Position numbers and translations under genes: made by a program
NCBI RefSeq assembly: GCF_006345805.1
Contig: NC_043003.1
Coordinates: forward strand, 1,488,001-1,552,000
Origin: Octopus sinensis
Lineage: Eukaryota
Direction: 5' to 3'
Length of the DNA stretch: 64,000 nt
Shown here: positions 35,497 to 48,864 of the stretch, piece by piece
Layout of the letters: each line of letters begins with the position of its first letter
How positions within the stretch are numbered: position 1 is the first letter of the stretch
Notes under the pieces: model-generated
What the model was told of the DNA's origin: nothing
The model's input: the letters and a program-made list of their open reading frames with translations, nothing else
The model's database searches: none

Positions 35497-37969
35497 CTAG
35501 AAATCTGTTAAGGAATGGAATCAAATAAAAGAAGTGAAACATACCAAAGTGGTAAAACCAGATTCAGTGCTACCCAGGGCAGCCCTTGTCTCTGCCCCCC
35601 ATAAAAGTGTCACCCAAAGCAGACACCCCACTACCACCACCACCACTCAACTACACAACTGATGTAACAGTGACAAGTTATTAAATGTGTGTCATCTGAT
35701 GACCGTAGTTAAAATATTTTGGCTTCATCAGGAACTAAACAACAACAGCAAAATTTGAATAAACTGCTGAAATTCATAAAATAATGAAATAAAAATCATT
35801 GACGTGCCATTTGAACATTAAAAGCACCATCCGAGCGTGATCGTTGCCAGGACCGTTGATTGGCTCCCGTGCCAGTGACGCGTAAAAAGCAGCATTCAAG
35901 CATGATCACTGCCAGCGTCGCCTTACTGGTACATGTCCTCAGTCAATCCGTCCAACCCATGACAGCATGGAAAGCGGACATTAAACGACAATGATGATGA
36001 TGATGAATATTACGCAAGAAAAATAGATAAAAGATAAGTATATTCTTTCATAAAGAGAAATGGGGTTATAGGAAATATCACTAAACATTTTTACGATATG
36101 AAATGTCATTTTAAATGACCTCATCTTGTCTTTTAATGGTTGATGTTGAATAAAGATTTGTCAATTTAATGTTTTTATAAAACCTTTGAACATTTTTTTC
36201 TTTTTTATTATTTGGAAAAATTCTGATATATGTCTTATCATTGTCCGTACAGAGAATTTGTCTGTGAATATTCTTAAATAGCAAAGTTTCTTGTTGTGAC
36301 TTTTCCAGACACAGAGAATTGGTTTGTATTGGATTATCCTTATCATTGTCATTTAACACCCATGTTCCTTACTGACATGGATTGGATGGTTTGACAAGGA
36401 TTCAGTGGTACAGTTCTATATGCCCACGGGCATATGGTGTAGTGGTTAAGAGTGCAGGCTACTAACCCCAAGATTCCGAGTTCGATTCCAAGCAGTGACC
36501 TGAATCATCATTATCACCATTGTTTAACGTCCGCTTTCCATGCTAGCATGGGTTGGACGATTTTGACTGAGGGCTGGAGAACCAGATGGCTGCACCAGGC
36601 TCCAATCTTGATCTGGCAGTGTTTCTACAGCTGGATGCCCTTCCTAACGCCAACCACTCCGAGAGTGTGGTGGGTGCTTTTTACATGCCACCAGCACGGG
36701 AGCCAGTCAGGTAGAACTGGCAACGACTTCACTCGAATCTTTTTACACATGCCACTGGCACAGGTGCCAGTAAGGCGACACTGGTAACAATCACACTCGA
36801 ATGGTGCCTTTTACATGCCACCTGCACGGAAGCCAGTTTGCCGCTCTGGCAACGATCATGCTCAGGTGGTGCTCTTAGCACCCTACTAGCACAGGTACAA
36901 GTGCTAGTAAGGCAATGCTGGTAACAATCACACTCGAACGGTGCCTTTTATGTGCCACTGGCACGGAAGCCAGTTATCCCCTCTGTCAACGATCACACAC
37001 GTATGGTGCTCTTTGGACCCCACTAGCACAGATGCCAGTCATCGATCTTGATTTTGATTTCACTTGCCTTAACAGGTCTTCGCAAGCAGAGTTTAGTGTC
37101 CAAAGAAGGAAAAGGTACGCATAAGTGGGCTGGTTACGCCCCTGGCATAGGTTATGGTCTCATTTGGCTTGCCGGGTCTTCTTAAGCACAAATAATAATA
37201 ATAATAACAAACATCAAAAAATAGCTTAAGAATGAGAACCGAGGTTTGAAATTTCCCCAAGACACCTGATGAAGGCTGGAGGGTATATCAGCCAAAACGT
37301 TGTGATAACAACAAACAAGATGAGGACAAATATCCGTCAAATGTAAATAATGTAAAGGATTCAGTGGGTTCAAGGATTTCAATGTGCTCCAGGGCCTGCT
37401 TTGGCATGGCTTCTATAGCTGGATGCCCTTCAGTAAATAATTCATTTCTTAGAGAAACAAATTCAGAAATACAGTGAGCGAACGACAGAGAAGATCTTAT
37501 CCCAATTATACTTTTCCTGGAGGCATCTATCTTCTCTTTAACTTGCTTCAGTCACTGGACTGTGGTCATACTGGAGCACTGCCTTGAAGGGTTTTAGTCA
37601 AACAAATTGACTAGGATACTAATGTTATTTTTTGTAATAAATCAACACCGGTGATCAAGTGGCACAAAGACACAGCCAATTGTTTCCTCAAGCAAATTCC
37701 CTCGCAGGGGCATTGGTTGGGGCTGGAATAGAAGAGACTTACCTAAAACACTGCACAATGGGAAGCCAACTTCATAGTCAAACAACCACACTTTGATTCA
37801 GTTTATAGTCAATGAATCAAAATAGAATCACTAAAGAAAATGCTATGATGTCCGATAAGAGTCACATGACACATCTGCTCCCTGTACAAAACTATTGGCC
37901 ATTATCATTCAATGTCGGCAAAATGGAAGAGGATGAAAAGAGAACCAAACCATTTCTTTGAAAGGATAC
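35497..37969 (-). other. U12-type (minor spliceosome) GT-AG intron 6 of PEX16
   Basis: 5' splice site GTATCCTTT; branch site TTCCTTAAC (35515-35507) ending 10 nt before the exon; no polypyrimidine tract. Confidence 0.92.
36409..37354 (+). mobile_element. Second copy of the tRNA/hammerhead SINE, interrupted by a nested RTE-tail repeat (~36505-37188)
   Basis: Same head at 36428-36503; same tail at 37190-37354 with GACAC-CTGATGA-AGGCTG..CAGCC-aAAA-CGTT-GTG; 13-bp TSD AAGGATTCAGTGG (36396-36408, 37355-37367). Confidence 0.8.
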
Positions 37970-38110
37970 TATGTACTAATGGTCGTGATATGTGTATAAA
38001 CTCAGCCAGCATTTGCGGCTGCGTCAGCTTTGAAGGTTTATACAAAAACAATTTCTTTTCAATGTCTTCAGCTTCTGGAAGGACCCAGGTTCTACAGTTC
38101 TCGTTTGGGG
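37970..38110 (-). CDS. PEX16: PEX16 coding exon 6 (PNENCRTWVLPEAEDIEKKLFLYKPSKLTQPQMLAEFIHISRPLVH)
   Basis: TTGTAG| acceptor; 141 nt; AEF..I.RPL.H motif; ends at the U12-type donor |GTATCCTTTC. Confidence 0.94.
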
Positions 38111-39302
38111 CTACAAATTAAAATAGAAATTTTAGAAACTTATTAATGTGAAATCATGACTGATTGATCCCCCTTCGTTGTTCTGCATCCCTTATGCAAT
38201 GGATTCAATGAAGAGTGTTTTCACGTTATTTACTTACTTAGACTCAGGAGTCATAAAGCCAGAATTTGACTCAGTCTCCAGGGTGTACGATTGAGATTAT
38301 AATACTTTCCCTGAATGGGATGCTAGTCCATCACAGAGTTAACTTCCCACCTATTGCTGGAACTCATTCTCAACTGAGTGAGCTGGAAAAAAGTGAAATG
38401 AACACAATGCACTACCTGGCCTGGGAATTGAAACCATGAAACAGAAACGAAGAAGCTGGTTCTTATGTCTGTTATAATCCCTAGATTAAGGCTGGATTAT
38501 AACCCAGTTTCCATTATGTATAAGTGACAGAGATTACAACACTCTCACCGGGAAAGGATGCCAGTCCATCACAGGCTTAACTCTCCAGCTATTGTTGGGA
38601 ATTGTTTACAGCTAAGCAGACTGAGGAAACATGAAATGAAGTGTTTCAATCAAGAACACAATGCACTGCCCAGTCCAGGAATTGAAACCACAATCTTGCA
38701 ACCATGAGTGCAACACCCTAACCACTAACCCATGTGCCATCATGTAGTGATTAAAAATGAAAAAGAAGAAACTGGAATGGTTTCTTCCCCAATGTCCTTC
38801 CTCGATACCTTATGAAGGATTTGAGCTCAGCAGTGGGCAAGTTAATGACGAATGAATTATACAGAGTTCCAGCATCTACCCTTTCAGGAATGGTGTGTGG
38901 TGCCTCCATAAAATACCCATTCACACACTCAGTTACTGAAAACTCAGTGGCTTTATCACAGGCCAAAGGACAAATGCATCACTATACTTGACATTAATTG
39001 AAGTCATTTTGTAGTGTTTCAAATAAGGTTTGAGTCAAGATCCCTTCATTCAATCCCATACATATAGAATTAAACACACCGTGTAATACTAACTCTTTAG
39101 CCATGATATATTCAGGCCAACTTCAGTAAAACAAGGTCAGCTTCAGTAAAAGAAGAATAAGAAACACTTGCACCATGGCCATTTCTGGCATTCCATCAGT
39201 TACGACGACAAAGGTTCCAGTTGGCTCAATCAACAGAACAGCCTGCTCTTGAAAAATTAACATGCAAGTGGCTGAGTACTCCACAGACATGCATACCATT
39301 AA

Positions 39303-39525
39303 CCCTTTCGTTACTGTATTTATTTTGAGATGCTCTACGTTTCTTTCAATTAATTTTAAATATAACAAAGAATTTAGTAAAATAACTTAGTTATCATTCA
39401 TCTAGTGTTAGGAACATAAATTGTGACTAAGGTTTGGTGGAAGATTTTTTATTCAAAACTTATGAAAACAAGACATTTGTACTACAGAGCCAGAGGCAGT
39501 TTCAGCCGGGTTGGTATCAAAAGGG
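39303..39525. mobile_element. piggyBac-like MITE nested in a family C SINE
   Basis: TTAA|CCCTTTCG...AAAAGGG|TTAA; the host SINE resumes after the insertion. The same family occurs at ~50993-51198. Confidence 0.82.
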
Positions 39526-40015
39526 TTAAAGTTCTCAAGAAGAATCAGCTTGACAGAGTCTGTGACAAGATTGGCTCCTTTTGAATGATGGGTACACCTC
39601 ATCTCTGCCAGCTGAGTGGAAGCTGGAACAACGTGGCAAGCAATTTCAGGACAGAAGATAAGACAATTACATTGACCCTCAACACTCAACTGGTACTTGT
39701 TTTATCTACCTCAAAGAGATGAAAGGCTAAGTTGACCTTGGCAGAATTTGAACTCAGAACATATAAAGACGGCCGAAATGCCACTAAGCATTTTGCTCGG
39801 CACACTAACGACCCTGCCAGCTCGTTGTCATAATCATTACACTAACATAAAATCTATTTGTAAAATTTGCATAACAGTGATGTTTACATCTTTTAAACAA
39901 ACTTTAACAAAGCAAATAATTATTCAATTGTCATTATATATCAAAACAGCAATTAAACATATCTTGTCACTTAATTGTTTTATTAAATGAAATTCCAGAA
40001 CCAAACATTTCTTAC

Positions 40016-40109
40016 CTGCTTTTAGTGTCCTCATTGCTTTACCTGAACGTTTCAGGACAAATGTGTCTTTACTTTTGGTTTTTTCTGTCATCAGATTTTC
40101 AACCACCAA
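40016..40109 (-). CDS. PEX16: PEX16 coding exon 5 (LVVENLMTEKTKSKDTFVLKRSGKAMRTLKA)
   Basis: GATAG| acceptor, CAG|GTAAG donor; 94 nt; KRSG...RTL motif; phases fit the neighbouring exons. Confidence 0.9.
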
Positions 40110-40259
40110 CTATCATCGAAAACAGAATAAAATAAATTCGTTATTTATCTTTCGTGTACTGTAGAATGAGACAAAAGTAGAATTCAGCTAATTGAAACTG
40201 AACTTGTAATGAGAAGGAAAGTTATTAGGAATTAATAGCAATTTTTGTCAAGGAAGGCA

Positions 40260-40292
<33 letters not shown>

Positions 40293-41007
40293 AAATTTTT
40301 TATTGATTGAAAATTAAATGGAAATATAGAAACAGGTGTGGCTGTGTAAGAAGTTTGCTTCAAAACATCGTTTTAGGTTCAGTTCTACTGCCCCGCACCT
40401 TGGGCAGGTGTCTTCTACCTTGGCCCAAGGCCAACCAAAACCTTGTGAGTGAATTTGGTAGACAGAAAGTTGAAGAAGCTCAAACTGTGTGTGTGTGTGT
40501 GTGAGTGAGTGAGTGAGAGAGAGAGACACAGAGAGAGAGTGTGTGTGTGTGTTAGTGTTTCCTTGTGACATCATGTGATATTTGTAAACGAGTGTCATGT
40601 CATGCAAGCAATGTCCTTCCTTTTCAATCTTCCATGAAAACATGTCTGGCCACAGAGAACTGTTACTTTACATGGAAACAGGTGAGAATTGGCAACGTGA
40701 AGGGCATCTGACCAGAGAAAATCTGCCTCAACAAAAATTCTGTCCAATCCATGCAAGCATGGGAAAGTCAACATCAAAATGATGGGGATACAAGATCACA
40801 AGCCAGAGCTTTAGTTAAGTGATGGGGGAAATTCAAGGCATGTTTCGGTCTTATTAGAACTTCTCAACAAACCATAATTTCATGATTACTTTTCAGATTA
40901 TAGAACAGAACTGATGTAGTTTTTTTTATTTGATATTCATATTTACCAGGCTGTGCCAGGAAATGTGGACATTAAATGACAATGATAAATGCAATATTTA
41001 ATAAATC

Positions 41008-41242
41008 AAGGGCAGCAAACTGGCAGAACTGTTAGCAGACCAGGCGAAGTGCTTAGCAGTATTTCGTCTGCCATTATGCTCTGAGTTCAGATTCCACCAT
41101 GGTCAACTTTGCTTTCCATCCTTTCAGGGTCGATTAAACAAATACCAGTTACACACTGGGGGTTGATGTAATCGACTTAATCCCTTTGTCTGTCCTTGCT
41201 TGTCCCCTTTATGTTTAGCCCCCTGTGGACAATAGAAGGATA
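41008..41242 (+). mobile_element. SINE family B copy
   Basis: 15-bp TSD AATATTTAATAAATC (40993-41007, 41243-41257). Confidence 0.85.
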
Positions 41243-41547
41243 AATATTTAATAAATCTTGTCAGTAAATACTCACACCTGATTTATTGTAAATCAGAAAC
41301 CGTCAAATACTTGGCTTCTACTTGAAAGCATCTGTGAAGTTCATCAAAGACCACAATTTGAAACGTGATACAATGAACTGGTCTGACTGATGTCTACAAA
41401 AATTAGTCAATGAGAATCACTACATTTTTTTTTGAATGGAGTAAATGAATGTGAATAAAACAGCAAGATTAAACCTTTGATTTTGTGATTTATAAGTTCC
41501 CCATAATTAATTCTATTGGATCAACATTGTAAGCTCAGTTCATTTAA

Positions 41548-43794
41548 CCCATTGCCTGTCACGAGCCCCATTTGGGGATCTGCTAAAAAACAGTCTCACT
41601 TCCGGTCGTTCGTTGTATTTAAAGTGAATTGCTTATGGACATTGCATTTGCAGAGGTGTGTTTAACAATATTTAGTCGTTAAAGTCTGTCATTATTTGCT
41701 CTGGTTAATTCTAGAGAACATTTTATGTCATAAATCGCAATTTGTGAACTACAAAAGTATTGACTGTTCTGAAAACGTATTTTGTTTTGTTTTTGCATTT
41801 CCCATTTATATCATTCGTTGATATTTCATTCACCTTCGCATTTCCCATTTATATCATTCGTTGATATTTCATTCACCTTCGCATTTCCCATTTATATCAT
41901 TCGTTGATATTTCATTCACCTTCGCATTTCCCATTTATATCATTCGTTGATATTTCATTCACCTTCGCATTTCCCATTTATATCATTCGTTGATATTTCA
42001 CTCACCTTCGCATTTCCCATTATATCATTCGTTGATATTTCATTCACCTTCGCATTTCCCATTTATATCATTCGTTGATATTTCATTCACCTTCGCATTT
42101 CCCATTTATATCATTCGTTGATATTTCATTCACCTTCGCATTTCCCATTATATCATTCGTTGATATTTCATTCACCTTCGCATTTCCCATTTATATCATT
42201 CGTTGATATTTCATTCACCTTCGCATTTCCCATTTATATCATTCGTTGATATTTCATTCACCTTCGCATTTCCCATTTATATCATTCGTTGATATTTCAT
42301 TCACCTTCGCATTTCCCATTTATATCATTCGTTGATATTTCATTCACCTTCGCATTTCCCATTTATATCATTCGTTGATATTTCATTCACCTTCGCATTT
42401 CCCATTTATATCATTCGTTGATATTTCATTCACCTTCGCATTTCCCATTTATATCATTCGTTGATATTTCATTCACCTTCGCATTTCCCATTTATATCAT
42501 TCGTTGATATTTCATTCACCTTCGCATTTCCCATTTATATCATTCGTTGATATTTCATTCACCTTCGCATTTCCCATTATATCATTCGTTGATATTTCAT
42601 TCACCTTCGCATTTCCCATTTATATCATTCGTTGATATTTCATTCACCTTCGCATTTCCCATTTATATCATTCGTTGATATTTCATTCACCTTCGCATTT
42701 CCATTTATATCATTCGTTGATATTTCATTCACCTTCGCATTTCCCATTTATATCATTCGTTGATATTTCATTCACCTTCGCATTTCCCATTTATATCATT
42801 CGTTGATATTTCATTCACCTTCGCATTTCCCATTTATATCATTCGTTGATATTTCATTCACCTTCGCATTTCCCATTTATATCATTCGTTGATATTTCAT
42901 TCACCTTCGCATTTCCCATTTATATCATTCGTTGATATTTCATTCACCTTCGCATTTCCCATTTATATCATTCGTTGATATTTCATTCACCTTCGCATTT
43001 CCCATTTATATCATTCGTTGATATTTCATTCACCTTCGCATTTCCCATTTATATCATTCGTTGATATTTCATTCACCTTCGCATTTCCCATTTATATCAT
43101 TCGTTGATATTTCATTCACCTTCGCATTTCCCATTTATATCATTCGTTGATATTTCATTCACCTTCGCATTCCCATTTATATCATTCGTTGATATTTCAT
43201 TCACCTTCGCATTTCCCATTTATATCATTCGTTGATATTTCATTCACCTTCGCATTTCCCATTTATATCATTCGTTGATATTTCATTCACCTTCGCATTT
43301 CCCATTTATATCATTCGTTGATATTTCATTCACCTTCGCATTTCCCATTTATATCATTCGTTGATATTTCATTCACCTTCGCATTTCCCATTTATATCAT
43401 TCGTTGATATTTCATTCACCTTCGCATTTCCCATTTATATATCATTCGTTGATATTTCATTCACCTTCGCATTTCCCATTTATATCATTCGTTGATATTT
43501 TCATTCACCTTCGCATTCCCATTTATATCATTCGTTGATATTCATTCACCTTCGCATTTGATACTACAGTTTCAAAAAAAAAAAAAACTAAAATGTTTAT
43601 TATTGCAATTGAATAGAAAAGGATGAATGTGCTTCTTTTTCAGTGATCCCCATTTGGGACTTTTCGAAAAATTTATCATAATTTCCAAAATAATTCACAT
43701 ATGAAGAAAATTTAAATACTATATATTGTTTTAACTCCTAAGAAACCTGGTGAAACCAAAAGATATGAATGAAAAAATCTTGGCAGTTAACGGT
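41548..43794. mobile_element. Degenerate piggyBac-like non-autonomous element carrying a satellite
   Basis: TTAA|CCCATTGCCTGTCA at left and TGGCAGTTAACGGT|TTAA at right; subterminal motif CCCCATTTGGG at 41566 and 43648. Confidence 0.5.
41795..43559. repeat. 43-bp tandem array, ~41 near-identical copies
   Basis: Unit GCATTTCCCATTTATATCATTCGTTGATATTTCATTCACCTTC, with no spacers. Confidence 0.98.
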
Positions 43795-44235
43795 TTAATC
43801 AGAACACAAGAAAAATTATGATCAAGGGAAATAACTCCTTTATACTATATTTTATCCTTTTTTTCTTTTGCCATGAAGTTTCCTGGAAAAAGTTAATAAC
43901 CAATACCAACGTCATGGAATGCCGTCTATAATTGATAAGCAGTCAGAATTGGTACACAGAAGTTATGTGGTTTTCGTGTTTAGGATGCTGTACTCACGAT
44001 TGTAAAAACATGGTTTCAATTCCCAGCCTGGACAATGAATTGTGCTTTTGAGCAAAACGGTTCATTTCCTGTTGCTCCAGTCCCCTCAGCTGCAAATGAG
44101 TTCCTGAGGAGTTAACCCTGTGAGGGACTAGCGTTCTGTTCAGGGAGAATGTTATCACTTATACACCAGCGTCGCCCTACCAGCACATGTGCCGGTGGCA
44201 TATGAAAAACAACATTCGAGTGTAACGAGTCCATA

Positions 44236-44496
44236 ATTTAGATGCTGGCATGCCTTTCTGGTTAGGAAGTTCACTTTGCAACCACATTGTTCTAGTGTTC
44301 ATCCCATTGTAATACTTTAGATAAGTGTTTTCATTACAGCCTGGCTATAGTGGTTAAGATATTTGGCACATATCTTAACCACTATAGCCAGGCTGTAATG
44401 AAAACACTTATCTAAAGTATTACAATGGGATGAACACTAGAACAATGTGGTTGCAAAGTGAACTTCCTAACCAGAAAGGCATGCCAGCGTCTAAAT
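44236..44496. repeat. Near-perfect fold-back, 127-bp arms, 7-nt loop
   Basis: 44236-44362 is the reverse complement of 44370-44496 with one mismatch; loop TTGGCAC; the arm resembles a decayed family A SINE head. Confidence 0.95.
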
Positions 44497-45315
44497 ATTA
44501 TTCTAAGGCAATGGGATATCAGAATGGGTGTATGAAAAAATAAAGCTTGTATATTACTGAGTGATATCAAAGGTACTGAGGCAGATGGCGATAAGGATGG
44601 CAGGTGGATTGACAAGAGTGGGAACCATGAATTGGTAAAGGTGGAAGTGGGGGATTGGATAAACTGGCATGTTTGGTGTTATAGTGGACAAAATTAGGTC
44701 TCTCTCTCAACAATCTAAAGTTTAAATCCTGTCAAAGTCAACTTTGTCAGTCATCCTTCCAAGGTGGATAAAATACAGTAGCAGTGAAGTACTTTTATTT
44801 CGAACGATCAGAAAGTTTCTTGGCAAAAAAATCTTCCATTATTCATAAGAATTGAAGTATCAGTAGACATGTTTCAATCAGACCAGATCATTCCATCACA
44901 TTTCAAATCTTGGTCTTTAATGAACTTCACAAATACTTTCCAAGTAGAAGCCAGGTATTTGAGGGTCTCTGATTTACCAGGTAAACCAGGTGTGAGCATT
45001 TTCTGATAAGATTTATTAAATATTGCATTTATCCTTAGTATTTAATGTCCACTTCTTCCATCTTTTCATGGGTCCAACAGAATTTGTTACGGCTCACTTC
45101 CAACAACTGGATGCTCTTCCTGTCCTTAATCCTCACCTGTTTCCAAATAAGGTAATATTTCCCCATGGCCAGACATGTTTTTAACAGAAAACTGAAAACA
45201 AACAATCTCTCTTGTATAATGATGAGACACATTTTTAACCATTAAGGGATGTCTAGACAAAGCTACACATAAACACTCATATATGAATATATGAGTGTAT
45301 GAGTGTGCATGTGTG

Positions 45316-45348
<33 letters not shown>

Positions 45349-45886
45349 GTGTGTGACCGCGTGTGTAATGTTGGCGATTTTCTTTCTCCGTCTTCCCTTC
45401 CTTGGACCTTTCCTTTTTCTCTGTTTCTGACGAAGAGCTCCGCTCAAAACGTTAAACCCTCCTTCTTTCTTTCCTTTCCTGAGTGTCCAATAACACTATA
45501 CTTGTTCCACGTCCTCACGTTGTTGTGTTTTTTCTTCGTTCATGTTTGGATTAACTATATAAATATATATATTTATATAAAGGGCTTCTTTCTGTTTCCA
45601 TCTACCAAATTCACTCACAACACTTTGGTTAACCCAAGGTAATAGGAGACATTTGCCTAAGGTGTTATAGAATAGGACTGAACTCACGACTACATGGTTG
45701 GGAAACAACCTTCCTAACCACACAGCCATGCCTGCACCTACAAAACCGAACTAAAGGTCAATATCATATTCTGATTAAGAAATGATGATGATGATGATGA
45801 CTGTGATGCAGTTAACAGTCGTATAATAAAGACATGTCTTTTGCTACGACATATCTTAATGTAGACTTTTAACAGAGAAGACTTAC

Positions 45887-45998
45887 ATCAAGTTTCTTGG
45901 AAGACATCATCAGAATGTCCCGATCAATTGGACTTATGGGAGGGGTTGCTTGTATTCCAGCCTGGTACCAGATTAACAAGAGGCATCGTAGTACAGCT
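45887..45998 (-). CDS. PEX16: PEX16 coding exon 4 ([37 protein letters not shown])
   Basis: CCTAG| acceptor, |GTAAGT donor; 112 nt; matches AVLR.LLL.W..AG.Q..PPI.P.DR. Confidence 0.95.
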
Positions 45999-46929
45999 CT
46001 AGGATCAAGAACAAAAGAACAAAAGAAAAACAAATTAGAATATTTAATGTAAATTAATAAGATTTACCAAATACAAAATTAATTCTTTTCTTTGAAAATA
46101 AAATAATAAATTCAATATCATTCGTGATATTAAATACAATTTAAAAATAAAAAAAAATATAATGATGATGATGATGATGATGATGATTAATGGTTTCAAA
46201 TTTTGGCACAAGGATAGCAATTTTGGAGAAGGGGAGAAGTTCATTACATTGACCCCATGTTCAAATGGTACTTATTTCATCGAACCTCTAAAGATGAAAG
46301 GCAAAGTTGACTTCGGCAGAATTTGAACTCAGAACCTAAAAGCAGACAAAATGCATTTTCCCTGGCATGCTAACGATTCTGCCAGCTCACTGCCCTAATA
46401 ATAATAGCAAGAACACTCAGAGAGCACAAACCTCCGCCAAGGCAACACCAACATCCTCTCAAAATTTAGCCAAAGATGATTTTTAAAATGAGAATCTCTG
46501 AAATAATCTCGACTGCTCTCACAAACTAAAAATGAACCCAACCACTCTCGAAAACTAAGTAAAAAAAAAAACAGAAAAAATAATCCAGAATCCTTGTACG
46601 GTACCGGATCAATCCCAAAATGTAATCAGTTTGTGCTAGTCACATGGCCAAACATCCCTGGAAATTTTCATCTGAATCCATCCAGCAGTTCTTGAAAGAT
46701 CTTGTCTCCACAGACAAACAAACAAACATGACTGAAAACAATACCTCTGCCTTCGTTAAGGCAAAGGTAATAATAATAATAAGAAGAAGAAGAAGAAGAA
46801 TCCTTTCTATTAAAGGCACAAGGCCTGAAATTTTGTGGGAGGGGATTAGTCAATTACATCAACCCCAGTGTGTAACTGGTACTTTATTTATCGACCCCAA
46901 AAGGATGAAACGCAAAGTCAACCTCAGTA

Positions 46930-46960
<31 letters not shown>

Positions 46961-47373
46961 CCTTTCTACTATAGGCACAAAGCCTGATATTTTTGGGGGG
47001 AAGGATACTAGTCAATAACATTGACCCCAGTCCTCAACTGGTATTTATTTCACCGACCCCACCCCAAAAAGATTAAAGGCAAGGTTTTATTCTTTAAATG
47101 AAGGGAAGAGGGTACAAATGCTTGTACACAGAGTATGATATTGTAAAGTAGTGACACACACGTATTGAATGTGGAGGATGTGTGGCAAGCATGCCTCACT
47201 GGATGAGTACTGAATGATGGAGAAGAAAAGTGGTAATAAGAGGAATCAGATGGAGTCTGCAAGGGAAAAGACGGAGCTGGAATGGGTATAGGATGCTTAT
47301 GAAGAACGGGGGTTGGATACAGAAGTGCCAAATACTGCAAGTGGAAAATTAATTAAAACAAGGTAGGGCAATT

Positions 47374-47650
47374 CAGTTCTATATTTGAGAGATGAGGAAT
47401 TAGGGACATTATTTACATTTGATGGATATTTGTCCTCATCTGGTTTGCTAGGACACAACAACCTCCTAAGCAGACCGAGTGTAGATATGAGCAGCATATG
47501 GAAACCGGTATTAAGGAAGGATAGGAGAATATTAGATTTATAAGCCCTAAAATTCACTCCATAATTACCCACGGGCATATGGGGTAGTGGTTAAGAGTGC
47601 GAGCTACTAACCCCAAGATCCCGAGTTTGATCAATAATCATAATAATAAC
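47374..47650 (+). mobile_element. Third, partial copy of the tRNA/hammerhead SINE
   Basis: Begins CAGTTCTATAT followed by the inverted tail (47374-47450); head GGGCATATGGGGTAGTGGTTAAGAG at ~47573. Confidence 0.65.
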
Positions 47651-48628
47651 AGTATGGACAACGGACGTAAAATGATGATAATGATGATGATGATTAACTT
47701 TTTAGCATTTAAGAGAGCCATATCTGGCCCAAATATTCTACCTGTTTTATGCTCAAACTGGCCAGATCTGGCATCTCACACTAACCTTACAATGCCATTC
47801 TAAAAATATACAAATCACATCACTGAAATCTCAAAGCTATGAGATAATGCATGATTAACTGAAAACAATGTATAAATAAGCATTATATTTGGAAGAGTAT
47901 TCTGAAGGCTAAAGGGTCAAACATTTTAAAAGATCGTTAACAATAATGAAGTGCTCACATAGAAAATACCCGGTTATATTTATTCAGCCCAAGTTGCACA
48001 AACACTCCCTTGTTACTTTCACCTTTACAAATAGATGACATAAAAATTATTTTAAAAATTAATTCTTATTTCTTTATTGCCCACAAGGGGCTAAACAAGG
48101 ACAGACAAAGGGATTAAGTTGATTACATCGACCCCCAGTGCGTAACTGGTACTTATTTAATCGACCCCGAAAGGATGAAAGGCAAAGTTGACCTCAGCGG
48201 AATTTGAACTCAGAACGTAACGACAGACGAAATACCGCTAAGCATTTCGCCTGTCGTGCTAACGTTTCTGCAAGCTCACCACCTTAAATCAATCAATTTT
48301 TAAATTGATTCTGTTACCTTTATAATTATCCCCTGGATTAACATACTTGTTATTTCCCCTTGGCAGTATATATACATTAGTGATAAGACATGGCACAAGT
48401 CTCTAAGATAACCCTGACCTGTCCGAGTTCTTTCAGGAACTATTTTGGAGATCAACAAAGTTAAGAGTAATTTATTTTGAGAGAATTATCTTTTATCCTC
48501 ATCACGTGAGAATCCATTTAAATTAATTATTTTTTAGAAAGGTAAAACAAGAAATAAACAAACATGTTTATAATTAACAACTTTTTCTTTTCACATTGTA
48601 GTAAGAAAATAAATGTTATTCAACTAAC

Positions 48629-48762
48629 TTTGCTAACTGAATAACTGTAATAACAATCCATCGGCCGACCTCACCCCAGAGTTTCTTCACTGCAAGTTCA
48701 ACAAACACTTCTGTGTATTCCAGGACAGTCAATAATCGCATGATGCGGTCTTGTGACAAAGG
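48629..48762 (-). CDS. PEX16: PEX16 coding exon 3 (PLSQDRIMRLLTVLEYTEVFVELAVKKLWGEVGRWIVITVIQLA-K)
   Basis: TTCAG| acceptor, |GTTAGT donor; 134 nt; hallmark EVF.E...K.WGEVGRW motif. Confidence 0.96.
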
Positions 48763-48864
48763 CTGAAATATCACCAAAAAGATAAAGGTTTGTAAAGTTT
48801 AAACAATTACAAGTTTTCACATCATCTTCATTATAATTTAGGATAAAATCGAAATCAAATTCGA

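Noticed and set aside
41795-43559. Regular short repeat array resembling CRISPR
   Set aside because: Units are contiguous with no unique spacers, the context is a eukaryotic intron, and there are no cas genes; it is a satellite.
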